Shown one piece after another: positions 22,849-32,600 of a DNA stretch of 64,000 bases. A model generated the notes under the pieces. The model saw only the letters and a list, made by a program, of their open reading frames with translations. It was not told where the DNA came from and ran no database searches. This DNA is from a virus (taxonomy: Duplodnaviria > Caudoviricetes): the IMG/VR virus record IMGVR_UViG_3300048802_000015, positions 1 through 64,000 of that record. The stretch is one strand, 5' to 3'. Positions within the stretch are counted from its first letter, which is position 1; each line of letters starts with the position of its first letter. Both the position numbers and the translations under genes were made by a program.

Positions 22849-24114
22849 CTAGTCCTTTATGACGATTTGTTTGCCCCACCCGCACGGCGCCGACGAGTAC
22901 GGCCCGACGAGGATCCAGATCGTATCGAACCCGCGTGGCGCTGCCGCCGGTGCCGGCCCCTGCCCGTCGGTCACGAACACGAACAGGTCGACCTTCGGGC
23001 GCAGCTCTTCTACCGCGTGGAATATCGGGCAGAAATCCGTGCCCCCACCTCCTTTGAGCTGGTTCGCCAGCTCGGCCGCGGTTCGTACCTCCCGCGTCTC
23101 GTGCACGGCCGCGTCGCAGGCCAGGAAGGTGATGGGCGTCCCGATGGCCCGCAGGCATCCCTGCGCCTCTGATACAGCCCGCACCAGCTCGTCGTGGCCC
23201 ATACTGCCGCTGGTGTCCACCCCGAACGCTACGCGGGGCCGTGGCGCGCACAGGGCGGGCATCAATGGCGTACTGCCGCCCAAGGCGCGCGCGACCGCCC
23301 CAAACGCAGCCTGGCGTCGTGAGAAGCGCGTGCGGGTGTAGTCGACCCTGCCCGCGATGGTCGCCACCCCGGCCCGGATGGCGCGGCGTAGCTGGTCCTG
23401 CCAGCGGACCTTCGGCGGCTGGAGCTCGGACTCGGCCCAGACCAGTAGGCCGCCCGGCACACTGCCCCGGCCCTTCTGCGCGGCGTGCTGCTGGATTGCC
23501 TCGGCGACGTCTCGGCGGATGCGGTCCAGGTCGGCCGCGCTCCGGCCCTTGGCGCCGGCCGCGCCCTCCGGCTCGCCGTCCACCGTGGGGCCGCCCGAGC
23601 CAGAGCCGCAGCGCCCACGCGCGACGTCTGCCTTGCCATTGCCCGGCTTGCCTTCACCGGCCTTGCCCGAGCCGCCGGACTTGGCCTGCTGCTGCGCCTG
23701 CTTGAGTAGAGCGTCATAGTATTCCTCAGCCATCTGGCCGTTCTTCAAGCCGAACTTCTTGGGCAGGCACGGGTCAGGAAGCAAGTCTTCTCGAAGATCA
23801 TCATTCACTTCCAGATCGACGGCTACCCCGGCCACCTCCCGGTCCACCTGCGGAATGGCGTTCATCCGTTCGAGGTGCCGGCGCAGAAGGTGGAGCAGCT
23901 CGTGCGCTACGACCTCGCCCGCCTGGGGCGCCGTGATGGCCAGTAGGAACTCCGGGTCCACCAGCAAGATGCCGGTTGCTGTGATGGCCATGGTCCCGAC
24001 GGGGACGAACCGACGAACGAGCCCCGAGAAGCCCGTAGCAAAATAGGGGAACCTTTGCTCGGCCGCGATGATGGCCGCCGAGAGGCGTTGCCCGTCGGTC
24101 AGGTTCGGATCCAC
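22849..24114 (-). CDS. HExxH metallopeptidase-like domain plus VWA domain (DUF2201-like)
   Basis: AHELLHLLRRH; Gly-rich linker; MIDAS VDTSGSM, GGGGTDF and VTDG. Confidence 0.85.
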   Translation of the reverse strand: MDPNLTDGQRLSAAIIAAEQRFPYFATGFSGLVRRFVPVGTMAITATGILLVDPEFLLAITAPQAGEVVAHELLHLLRRHLERMNAIPQVDREVAGVAVDLEVNDDLREDLLPDPCLPKKFGLKNGQMAEEYYDALLKQAQQQAKSGGSGKAGEGKPGNGKADVARGRCGSGSGGPTVDGEPEGAAGAKGRSAADLDRIRRDVAEAIQQHAAQKGRGSVPGGLLVWAESELQPPKVRWQDQLRRAIRAGVATIAGRVDYTRTRFSRRQAAFGAVARALGGSTPLMPALCAPRPRVAFGVDTSGSMGHDELVRAVSEAQGCLRAIGTPITFLACDAAVHETREVRTAAELANQLKGGGGTDFCPIFHAVEELRPKVDLFVFVTDGQGPAPAAAPRGFDTIWILVGPYSSAPCGWGKQIVIKD

Positions 24115-24115
24115 G

Positions 24116-25294
24116 TTACGACCCGACCTTGATGCCAGCGGCCTGGAAGATCGGAAGGTACTTCGCGAGCACCTTCTCGGCCGCGGGAAACATCCCCTTC
24201 GGGCCACGCACCAAGCGCACCTCCTGCGAGGACAGCGTCTTCACCGCCGGGAAGATCACATCTGAGACCTCCATCAGCGGCAGCAACATCTTCCAGAGTG
24301 CCTCGGCGCGGGGCAGGCGCTTGGCGGCCGAGTGCGGTGCTACGAGGGCCGCGCATGCCGAGCAGACAACCATGGTGCGGTCCAGGCGGTCGGGGTCGTG
24401 CTTCCATTCGATCTCGCCGTCGAGTAGCCGCTCGGGGTCGGGCAGATCGACATTGACGAGCCAGGAGCGCAGCTCGCGAATCGCCGCCGGGCCGACGAAG
24501 GCGCCGACGTAGCGGTCGGTGTCCGACTCGTCCAGGTGGTGGATTTCGGAGGCCGCCAGGGCGCGCGTTGCCATCTCCCACGACCGGCGGGATGGCCAGG
24601 CCAGGGATGCCTCGGGGGAGCCGGAGACGGGCTGCGCGTGGAGCAGGCTAGGCTTGCGGCGCAGGAACGAGGTGATGATGCCGGAGGCCTTCGCGTAGGC
24701 GGATGGCCACGTCTTGAGCACGCGCTTCTCCTCGTCCTCGGCTGTGGTTGCGACCTCGACCTCGTTGCCGTTCCCGGCCTGCAGGAGCCACGAGCACCAG
24801 TCCTGGCAGGATGGGCCCGTCCAATCGGGGAGGGTGCCGAAGCGGTTGCAGAGCGGCGCCGCAATATCGTAGCCGCCAGCGGAGTCCTCTGTTGTGTTCT
24901 GGGCCGCCAGGATGCGCACGGTATCGGGCAGTACGAAATCTCCTACCACGCGATCGAGCACCACACGCATCAGCGACGCCTGGACGGCTGGGGGGCACTG
25001 CCCAATTTCGTCGAGAAACACCACGGCGTGCTTGGCCTTCGCCGCTCGCAGTGCCCACGCTGGCGGCGCGTACCCGACCGAGCCGTCTGGATGCGGGACC
25101 GGAAGGCCGAGGAAATCGGTGGGGTCGCGCAGAGACGCGATGACGACCTCGACCTCGAGTCCAGCCGCCTGGGCAACACGCTCAATCAGCGCGCTCTTGC
25201 CGGTGCCGGGGGCGCCGATGATCCGGAGAGGCTGGCCCCAATGGTGTCGCGGGCCGGGGGTGAATAGGGCGGCGTGGATGATCGTGGTGTCCAT
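24116..25294 (-). CDS. MoxR-type AAA+ ATPase
   Basis: GAPGTGKS, DFLGLP, VFLDEI, LAAQN, PLCNRF. Confidence 0.88.
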   Translation of the reverse strand: MDTTIIHAALFTPGPRHHWGQPLRIIGAPGTGKSALIERVAQAAGLEVEVVIASLRDPTDFLGLPVPHPDGSVGYAPPAWALRAAKAKHAVVFLDEIGQCPPAVQASLMRVVLDRVVGDFVLPDTVRILAAQNTTEDSAGGYDIAAPLCNRFGTLPDWTGPSCQDWCSWLLQAGNGNEVEVATTAEDEEKRVLKTWPSAYAKASGIITSFLRRKPSLLHAQPVSGSPEASLAWPSRRSWEMATRALAASEIHHLDESDTDRYVGAFVGPAAIRELRSWLVNVDLPDPERLLDGEIEWKHDPDRLDRTMVVCSACAALVAPHSAAKRLPRAEALWKMLLPLMEVSDVIFPAVKTLSSQEVRLVRGPKGMFPAAEKVLAKYLPIFQAAGIKVGS

Positions 25295-25530
25295 TAGCGC
25301 ACCACTCCCGTCGCGGTGCACAGCTCGACGATGATGGTGTTGGTGATGTGCCAGTCCCCGTCCCCGCCGAGGCGCCACTCTGAACGGATGATCGCCGATT
25401 CCGGTCCAGGGACTGGGGCCATGCGGGCGAGTTCGATGCTCTCGCAATTCGGGCCGCGGTCCGTGTGATGGTCACTCGGCGTGCCGTCGATCATGCGGGC
25501 TTTATGGTAGGTGGTCTGTACTTTGGTCAT
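25294..25530 (-). CDS. Small hypothetical early protein
   Basis: GGAGGAC RBS with an A/C-rich leader. Confidence 0.55.
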   Translation of the reverse strand: MTKVQTTYHKARMIDGTPSDHHTDRGPNCESIELARMAPVPGPESAIIRSEWRLGGDGDWHITNTIIVELCTATGVVR

Positions 25531-26059
25531 GGTCGTCCTCCTGTGTGGTCGTTGTGCTCTTTCGGAAATTCGATTTCGCGTGTAGCTCTGGATGCAGCTT
25601 GATGCATGCTTCGCGCGCAAGCGCAGCAGCTAACTCAGTATCATGATAGCCAAGATGCAGGTTCGTTCCGTCGATCATAATTCGCGCCTGCCACTTCCCT
25701 TCGCGCTTGTGCCAAGACACTCCAAGAAACCTGCTCGATGTGTTCTCTGGACGGTGGTGACGATTCCGTATGTTCTGCGCTTTTGTGACCTCCAATAGAT
25801 TCTCGCGCCTATTGTCAAGTCCATCGCCGTTGTCGTGGTCGCATTGCATCCTCTCGGCAATTGGTCGTCCAAGCTTTCGCGCCAGGACTATGACGTGCAT
25901 CTGCTCTGTCACCCATTTGTTTTCTGGACGCCGTATGGTGCGGGCTGCGTAGGTCCTGCACTCATCTCTATTGGCGTGCCACTTATGCACACATAACGCC
26001 TCGAAGTCCTCATCATCGACGATCGCTACCTTTCCTTGCGTGAGTGCGATCTCTTTCAT
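25502..26059 (-). CDS. HNH endonuclease with AP2 domain (paralog of 62401-62919)
   Basis: IALTQGKVAIVDDED; DHDNGDGLDNRRENL; GVSWHKREGKWQARI. Confidence 0.88.
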   Translation of the reverse strand: MKEIALTQGKVAIVDDEDFEALCVHKWHANRDECRTYAARTIRRPENKWVTEQMHVIVLARKLGRPIAERMQCDHDNGDGLDNRRENLLEVTKAQNIRNRHHRPENTSSRFLGVSWHKREGKWQARIMIDGTNLHLGYHDTELAAALAREACIKLHPELHAKSNFRKSTTTTQEDDHDQSTDHLP

Positions 26060-26137
26060 GATGCTTAATCCGTTGTCCTTGTTCGTTGCGAGGCCGACTC
26101 CAGGCCGCTCCGGTCGAGCGGCCCAGACCTGGCGCCG

Positions 26138-26338
26138 CTACCGAGTCCCGAGGTCGCGCAGCAGCCGCTCCAATCCCTCTAGCCGCCACTTACGCGCTGG
26201 CTTGTGCAGCGGAATAACCCGCTCGATGCGGGTCCGGTGGGAGTAGTAGCGGGCCGGGTCCGTGGCCACGAGGTCGGCCATCGTCTCAACGCTGGGGAGC
26301 GGCTGGGTTTGTGCAAGCTGGCGGCGGGACTGGGTCAT
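26138..26338 (-). CDS. Small hypothetical early protein
   Basis: GGAG RBS with an ACC-rich leader. Confidence 0.5.
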   Translation of the reverse strand: MTQSRRQLAQTQPLPSVETMADLVATDPARYYSHRTRIERVIPLHKPARKWRLEGLERLLRDLGTR

Positions 26339-26388
26339 GGTCGTAGTCTCCTCGGTGGTGGTGATAGGTTACGCGGCGGGCGGGGTGG

Positions 26389-26625
26389 CTACAGCTCGAT
26401 GATTTCGAGTCCTGCGGCAAAATCGGCCGACGATGCAGTAACCTGCTCGCCAATCCACACCTCGCGATCCTCGTCGCGATCCTCTGGAGCCATCGCGTCC
26501 CATGCCTCGACGGCCCAGCGGCGAAACGTCGGTGCCATCTCGGCCGTCAGTGCATCGATCGACTCGACGACAAACGGGCCAGTCTCTCCAAATTGCGGAT
26601 TAGGGTTGCGCACTGTGATGGTCAT
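26389..26625 (-). CDS. Small acidic hypothetical early protein
   Basis: First gene after the promoter at 26744-26772; GGAGGAC RBS. Confidence 0.6.
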   Translation of the reverse strand: MTITVRNPNPQFGETGPFVVESIDALTAEMAPTFRRWAVEAWDAMAPEDRDEDREVWIGEQVTASSADFAAGLEIIEL

Positions 26626-26743
26626 GGTGTCCTCCGTGGTGGTTGTCGTCGTGGTAGGTACTGATCCTGTCGGCGTCCGGCTCTGCTGGCCCGTCGGCCC
26701 TGGCTTACTTCCCGGCAGGTTGTTCGCTGCGTCCACATCTATA

Positions 26744-26772
26744 TATTTACGCTAGTCCTGCTATTTTGTAAA
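26744..26772 (-). promoter_or_regulatory. Sigma70-like promoter TTTACA-N17-TAAATA (candidate early promoter)
   Basis: AT-rich intergenic region with a canonical spacer. Confidence 0.6.
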
Positions 26773-26853
26773 GGGTGAAATACACTATTTTCCTGTCCAT
26801 GAAAAGCCTATAGGTTACGCGTGGTTAACAGCGCATAGGCCACCCAGATGGAC

Positions 26854-27504
26854 CTATTCTGTGGGCGTGTCGTGGCACCTGCGATACTTTTGGTAAGCAA
26901 CGGACGCACTGGCGACATCGCTGAAGTAGCCCAGGAAAATATGCTTCCTGTCTCGGTAGATACGGGCCTCCCACTTTTGATGTTCCACATTCCAACTCAC
27001 GCCGCGTGCCCCACTGATATTCGTCGTCCTTAGTTCACGCGTGTTGCGCGCCTGCTGCCTGCGCGTCGCCCATCGGCAGTTGCCGGGCTCGTAGTTCCCG
27101 TCGTTGTTCCTGCGATCGAGCGTTAGTCCTGGTGGGCGAGACCCCATGTCAGCAAAGAAGTTCTCGAACTTCAGCCAGCGCTCGCAGACGGTAATTCCAC
27201 GGCCTCCGTAGTCGGCGAAACGCCTGTCCTTTGGGTTGCTGGTGCGACAAAGCATCGCTCGCCATGAGAGATACTCGGGTGATTCTCGGCCGTGCCGAGT
27301 ATGGCCATGGACAGTGCGATCGACATTTGAAGCCACACGCAAACATCCGCACGACCTTGTTCTGCCGCTGCGCAAGCTGGAACGGAACACATCCTTGATC
27401 TTTCCACAGTCACAGAGACACGTAACATAGGGGCCGGCCCTCTCCGCGTCATCGGTTACGGTTAGCCTTCCGAATCGCTTCCGACCTAGCGCCTGTCTCC
27501 TCAT
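26854..27504 (-). CDS. HNH-like homing endonuclease with AP2 domain (paralog of 36749-37429)
   Basis: GRLTV..CLCDCG..SCGC; RGITVCERW; DRRNNDGNYEPGNC; GVSWNVEHQKWEARI. Confidence 0.82.
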   Translation of the reverse strand: MRRQALGRKRFGRLTVTDDAERAGPYVTCLCDCGKIKDVFRSSLRSGRTRSCGCLRVASNVDRTVHGHTRHGRESPEYLSWRAMLCRTSNPKDRRFADYGGRGITVCERWLKFENFFADMGSRPPGLTLDRRNNDGNYEPGNCRWATRRQQARNTRELRTTNISGARGVSWNVEHQKWEARIYRDRKHIFLGYFSDVASASVAYQKYRRCHDTPTE

Positions 27505-27884
27505 GACACTTGACCTCCCATATATCTCATCCGCAACCACCTAGCGACGGCATCCACGATGCTGGCGACGCGTGGAATCTTTGGATCTGAAGTGGTCCCA
27601 TCTGGGGCAAAGCGCAGGTTGGTCCATTTACCAACCAGCGTCTCGACGGGCACGCCACTCTGGAGGGCGAGAGATGCCGTGATCGAAAGCGCGTCCAGGA
27701 GGCCCGAGATAGTCGAGCCGGCTTTGTCGCTCTTGAGAAAAATTTCCCCTAGTCGTCCGTCGGCGTACTCACCCGTGGAAATGTACAGCTTCAACTCGGC
27801 GGGTCCGTGCTCCGTGGAGTAGCGCAGGTGGATCCTCTTCGTCCGGCCCTTGCGGGTCGGAGGCAGGCGCTCGCGGGGCATCAA
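27501..27884 (-). CDS. Stand-alone TSCPD domain (class II ribonucleotide reductase C-terminal-like)
   Basis: RERLP..RKGRT, GRLGEIF..KAGSTISGLLDA..SLALQSGVP, SIVDAVARWL. Confidence 0.8.
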   Translation of the reverse strand: MMPRERLPPTRKGRTKRIHLRYSTEHGPAELKLYISTGEYADGRLGEIFLKSDKAGSTISGLLDALSITASLALQSGVPVETLVGKWTNLRFAPDGTTSDPKIPRVASIVDAVARWLRMRYMGGQVS

Positions 27885-28156
27885 TTTGTTCCGCGGCTGG
27901 CCGCATCCCTCGTCGCTTTGTCGACCTGCTCTTTTCCGTAGACCTGGCAGGCGAGGTGGTAATTGCAGTGCTCCAGATGCACCACGAGGGCGGCCTGGCT
28001 CGCGGCGAACTCCTTCAGCTCGGCGAGTTCGGCGCAGAGAACCTCCCCAGCTTTGTCGGCCGACCGCTCCCCGCGCAGGGCCTTGCGTAGCCTCCAGGCC
28101 AGTACGATCACAGCCGCATTACCTAGGAGGTCAAAGCATAGATGCCATATCGCCAT
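27881..28156 (-). CDS. Small membrane-anchored hypothetical protein
   Basis: Hydrophobic N-terminus; directly downstream of motif copy 5. Confidence 0.5.
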   Translation of the reverse strand: MAIWHLCFDLLGNAAVIVLAWRLRKALRGERSADKAGEVLCAELAELKEFAASQAALVVHLEHCNYHLACQVYGKEQVDKATRDAASRGTN

Positions 28157-28159
28157 ACC

Positions 28160-28187
28160 CTATTGTTGTTCACGGCGGGCGGTTTTC
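28160..28187 (-). promoter_or_regulatory. Dispersed motif copy 5
   Basis: Identical to copy 4; 3 nt before the ATG at 28156. Confidence 0.75.
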
Positions 28188-28199
28188 GCCAGCGTTTCT

Positions 28200-28739
28200 C
28201 TACGCCTGCTCGGACCCAATCATCCCGCCGGTCCAGCGTGCAACGTGACCGTTAGGACGCTGGCGGATATCGACGTGACACCAGTAATACTGCCCGCTGG
28301 TCGAGTACAGCCCGAGCCCGCCGATGACATCACCGCGATCAACAAACTTCTCGATAAAGCTGGCAAAGATAGCCATGCGGGCGATATCCCGCTCGGTTCC
28401 GCGCCCGTGCCGGAGCGATTCCATGTCCACGTCGCAGCAGATATCCGCCGCCTTGCCGAGCATGTGCTGGGACTGCTGGGCACCCCCAATGGCCGCATTC
28501 AGCGCGGCCGAACGCCACCCACAGATCACCGTGATGGCCGGCGATCCACCTAGAGAGTTCGTCGCGATGAACTGCTCCCAGGCGGTCCGCAACGGCTCCA
28601 ACGCCGTCGTGACCAGCCGCTGAAGGTTATCAAGGATAGCCTGGTCCACCGGCAAGGTGCGGATACCGCCCGCATGCTGGGCGAGCTCGAGTGCGGAAAA
28701 GTGCTGACTGAGTTGATCGGTGAGTTCCACAGTCTTCAT
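28200..28739 (-). CDS. Endolysin, peptidase M15 family
   Basis: SQHFSALE, CGWRS..LN..IGGA..SQHMLGKAADI, WCHVDIR. Confidence 0.85.
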   Translation of the reverse strand: MKTVELTDQLSQHFSALELAQHAGGIRTLPVDQAILDNLQRLVTTALEPLRTAWEQFIATNSLGGSPAITVICGWRSAALNAAIGGAQQSQHMLGKAADICCDVDMESLRHGRGTERDIARMAIFASFIEKFVDRGDVIGGLGLYSTSGQYYWCHVDIRQRPNGHVARWTGGMIGSEQA

Positions 28740-28785
28740 CCCCTGCATCGGCCGTTAACTGATCGTCTGCGCTGGACTTTTCCAC

Positions 28786-29100
28786 TTACCGTTTCGGCTT
28801 CTCCGGGATAGCCACGTTCTCTCCGGTGTCCTTCAACACTCGGTTCATCGCCTCGCGCGCTTTCGCCAATTCCGGGTGCTTCTTGTGGAGAGCCGCGAGC
28901 TGCTCTTCGAGGTTCTGCGTTGTCTGCTGGCGCTCCTGGTTGACCCGCATCGCGCATCCCTGCTGCTTGGCGCACAGCTCGACTGCTAGCTTCGCTCCGT
29001 AGCGAGCGCCGAGAAGGGCGCTGGGAAAACCAACCATGGCCGCTATGCCAACCGCACCAAGAATGGCCGCCCAGACTGGTATGATGATGAGCGCGTTCAA
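28786..29100 (-). CDS. Membrane protein, lysis-cassette candidate
   Basis: N-terminal hydrophobic segment; next to the endolysin. Confidence 0.55.
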   Translation of the reverse strand: MNALIIIPVWAAILGAVGIAAMVGFPSALLGARYGAKLAVELCAKQQGCAMRVNQERQQTTQNLEEQLAALHKKHPELAKAREAMNRVLKDTGENVAIPEKPKR

Positions 29101-29597
29101 CCTCGCACCGGCCTTGGCGTCGCGCCGGTAATGTCATGTGGCCGGCTGAGTTCATCCACTCGCTCTTGTAGCCGCTGGTTTTCGATGGACTGCACCAGCT
29201 CCTTGTTGCTGGTCCGAATGGAGTTAGCCGCACCCGTGACGGACTCCTCTAATCTTTCAACCGCGTGGTCGATCGCCTGTTCGGTTTCGAGCTTGGCTTT
29301 GTCGTGCGACGCCCAGACGACGTGCTGAACCTCGGCCTTCAACTGGCCTTCCAGGTCTCTGATGGTGGCCACCGAGTCCGACCGGCACGCCTGGCAGTTC
29401 ATACCGATGGCGTTCAGCGACTTGGTCAGCGCGTCCATGAAGTCGCTGAACTTGTCCTGCTGCTTGATCGCCGAGTCGACAAGCCGCTTGAGTGCCCAAC
29501 TAAGCACGCCTATCGTCGCCGTCAGTAGGGCAAAGGCCACGGCCAAAATTGCGCCGCCTACCCCGGACCCACTTAGTGCTTTCAAGGCTGCTTCCAT
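29097..29597 (-). CDS. Holin-like membrane protein
   Basis: One TM segment (GAILAVAFALLTATIGVLSW) plus a coiled coil, between the fibre and endolysin genes. Confidence 0.5.
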   Translation of the reverse strand: MEAALKALSGSGVGGAILAVAFALLTATIGVLSWALKRLVDSAIKQQDKFSDFMDALTKSLNAIGMNCQACRSDSVATIRDLEGQLKAEVQHVVWASHDKAKLETEQAIDHAVERLEESVTGAANSIRTSNKELVQSIENQRLQERVDELSRPHDITGATPRPVRG

Positions 29598-29616
29598 TGG
29601 TACTGCTCCTGGGTTT

Positions 29617-32600
29617 CTACAGTGTTCCGTACTCAACAGCGACCAGGTTTGCCGATTGGTCGGAACCTACCTGGATCGTTCCCGCCAGAGACTGCTTGAT
29701 CTTCACCTCGAACGTGTGCGCCGCAACGGTGAGGAAGCCCGTTGTCACAACGAGAGCGAGAGAGCAGCGGGCGTTCGCCGGGTCGGCAGGCAGCGTGACC
29801 GACACCGCATCCTCCAATGAGCCGTCCACGAAAATGCCTATGGAGATGATGTTCGATACCGTGTTGTCCTGGCAGCTTACTGTTGCCTGCAGGACCCACT
29901 TGGAGCTAGCTGTGAGCGGCGTGGCGCTGATCGAAAGCACCATTTCATACGTGTCGATTGCGAAATAGCTCCCCCCCGTGGCCTCGCTCTGAAGCATCTG
30001 CAGGGCGCCGAATCTGGAAGTGACGCCGAATTCCGGCTCCCACGTCGAGTGCACAACGTCGGCGAGCGCCGCCCACAGTGATGGCTGCACTAGGCCGAGG
30101 AGCACGGGACTAGCAGGCGGTGTTCCCGTGGCAGTGCCCGGTGTCGTCTGCGATAGGTAGAGCTGGGTTCCTGGGGCCGGTATGGCTCCCGCGTCCTCCG
30201 ACAGCAGGAATCCCCCCGTGCTATCCGAGGACACCAGCGCGAAGCCTCCGGTGACGGTGCTTGTAGCGAGGAAACCAATCGGTCGCTGCGGTGGCGTGAC
30301 ATCCGCAACCCTTATTTTGCCGGGGTTGGCGACGTCCGCAGACACGATCGTCCCCTCGCGGAGCGGCGCTGGCGTCTCTACCGTTGCGAACGCCATGCCC
30401 TTGCACCGCGGGCAGGGTAGCAGATCGCCCTCGTACCCACGGCCGGTTATACGGCAGACGACCTTCTGCCCACCAACGACCTCGAACCCGGTGGTCCGCA
30501 GAGAGCCCCACGAGACTGCCGTGTAGGGCTGCGAGCCGTCGCCGGGATCGGGCGCGTACTCTACCCGAACGCCGTTGCCGGCGGTCATGGTCGTCCCGTC
30601 GCCGTGGTCGAAGACAACAACGTAGGTTCCGGATAGCAGCGTGATGCTCGGCGCGGACGGTTCCGACTCCGCGGCCGTCAACTTGTGTACGTCCTGGAAC
30701 TGTACGACGGCCGACGAAGATCCCAGTCCAGTGGAGAACTGATTCGGATTGACGACGATCGAGGGCGACCACGCGCCGACGCCGCGTAGTCGACTACACG
30801 ACACGGCCAACGTGGGACGGAGTACAAGACTGCCGTATTGCAAATCCGAAAGGGAGATCCCGCCGTCGTTACCACCTACCACGCCACCGGAACCACCGGC
30901 GACAGAGAGGGCGCGCGCGGCAGAATGCGAGAGATCTACGACGTCGGCCGTAATGAAGTTGCCTAAGAGATCCGTCAGCGAAGAGAAGTGCAGATGAACT
31001 TCTTGCGCTCTGGAGATGTTCAAACCGCCGAGCACGACTAGGCCCATAGCCGAAAACAGTGGACTGGACCCGTTCTCGGCAAGGAAATTTCCATCGGCCG
31101 TGATCGACCCAACGCCCGAACACATTCCGTCGACTACGATATCGCACACGCGGCACAGGGCGTGCTCGTCGTCCTGGCATCCAAGGGACAGCGACGTAAA
31201 CCGTAAGCCGGCGAAGTAGGACTGTGCGCCGCTGGTTGGGCACACATAGCTGGCCGCCTCCTGCGCCGAATTGAGGAACGCGGCGGGCTGTTCGATCCAG
31301 ACCGAGTCGCCTGGAGCGACGGTGCCCGGTACGAACCACAGCACGATGACGTTGGTAGCGGTGCTGTCGATGCCTCCCCAGCGGATCGCCCCGTAAAGGG
31401 TCTGCCCGCCAGCCGTATGTACGCGCGCGCGATAGCTCGCCAGAACCGTCGGGTCGGTGAAGTTGGCGCCTGTAAGCGCGACACTCACGCCCTCCGGGAT
31501 AGAGCTCACGGACTCGATCGCCCAATCGCCCGTGGGGCCCGTCCCGCGCACCTCGGGCGGAACCCAGAACGCCTGTTGGGCCATGTCGGCCGCGCTATTC
31601 GTCAGATCGCTGCCCCTCGTGTAGATCAGCTGGTAGTCGGCAAGAAGGTGACGGTCATCCTGCCCGAGACCGTCGCCACTGGTCACATCGTCATAGCCGA
31701 CGGGAGCGGGAAGAATTGGGGCAATACTCTTTGGGAAAAGGTGGAAGTCGACCTCGATGAATCCTTGTCCGTCGACGATGCCGATGTTGGCGGGGTTGTC
31801 TTGGTGTGTCCAGTGCGGGACGACCATCGAGTCGACGACGCCGATCCCGGTCCGCCCGAACCCGAACCCGGACAGAAAAATCGACATCGGGAGGTTCGCG
31901 GGCTCGACGAGCGGCAACGCATTCGAGTAAGGCGCTGTGACGGTGGCGGTGCTTTCCTTCTGTACCCACCAACCAATGAAGTCAGTGAAGATCGACGGAG
32001 GGCGAAGCAAGATAGTGCCGTCCTGGTTCGGCCGCGGGTCGGGTACGGGAAACTCAGTTATCTTAGTTACGGCGTAGGCAAGGAGACTGGCGGCATCGAT
32101 CGGAACCGTCACAAGCGCCGTATCGGCTGCCAGAACGACGGTGATCTCCAGTGTCGTCCCAGGACCCGATGCCGGTATTGTCACCGGGGGAGAGACCGGG
32201 ACGTTGACGAGGGAGCTGGAAGTGCCGATGGCGCTGACGGCTACAACCGGAACGGCCGTGTCGGTCGCGATACTGATCTGGCTTGCTGCCCCGTCGAGAC
32301 CGATGCCTCCCGACCACGCGAAAGGTATCTCTACGTCGATGCTCGTGATGGTGCCGCCGAGTAGTCCAGACACATCCCACGGGAAGCCCAGATCGCCATC
32401 CCACGAGCTCGGGATCGTGATCGTCGTATCCCCGCCGTGCCCGGAGCCATCTGCGAAGGTTATGACCTGCGAGCTGCTCAGCGCGAGAGGGCCCCACGTG
32501 CTCGCGGTCGGATGCGCCGCCACCAGGTCGAACACGAGCCGAAGCTGTTGTCCTGCCAGAATCGGATTTGGCCACGACGACCCGGAAAAAGTTGAGCTGC

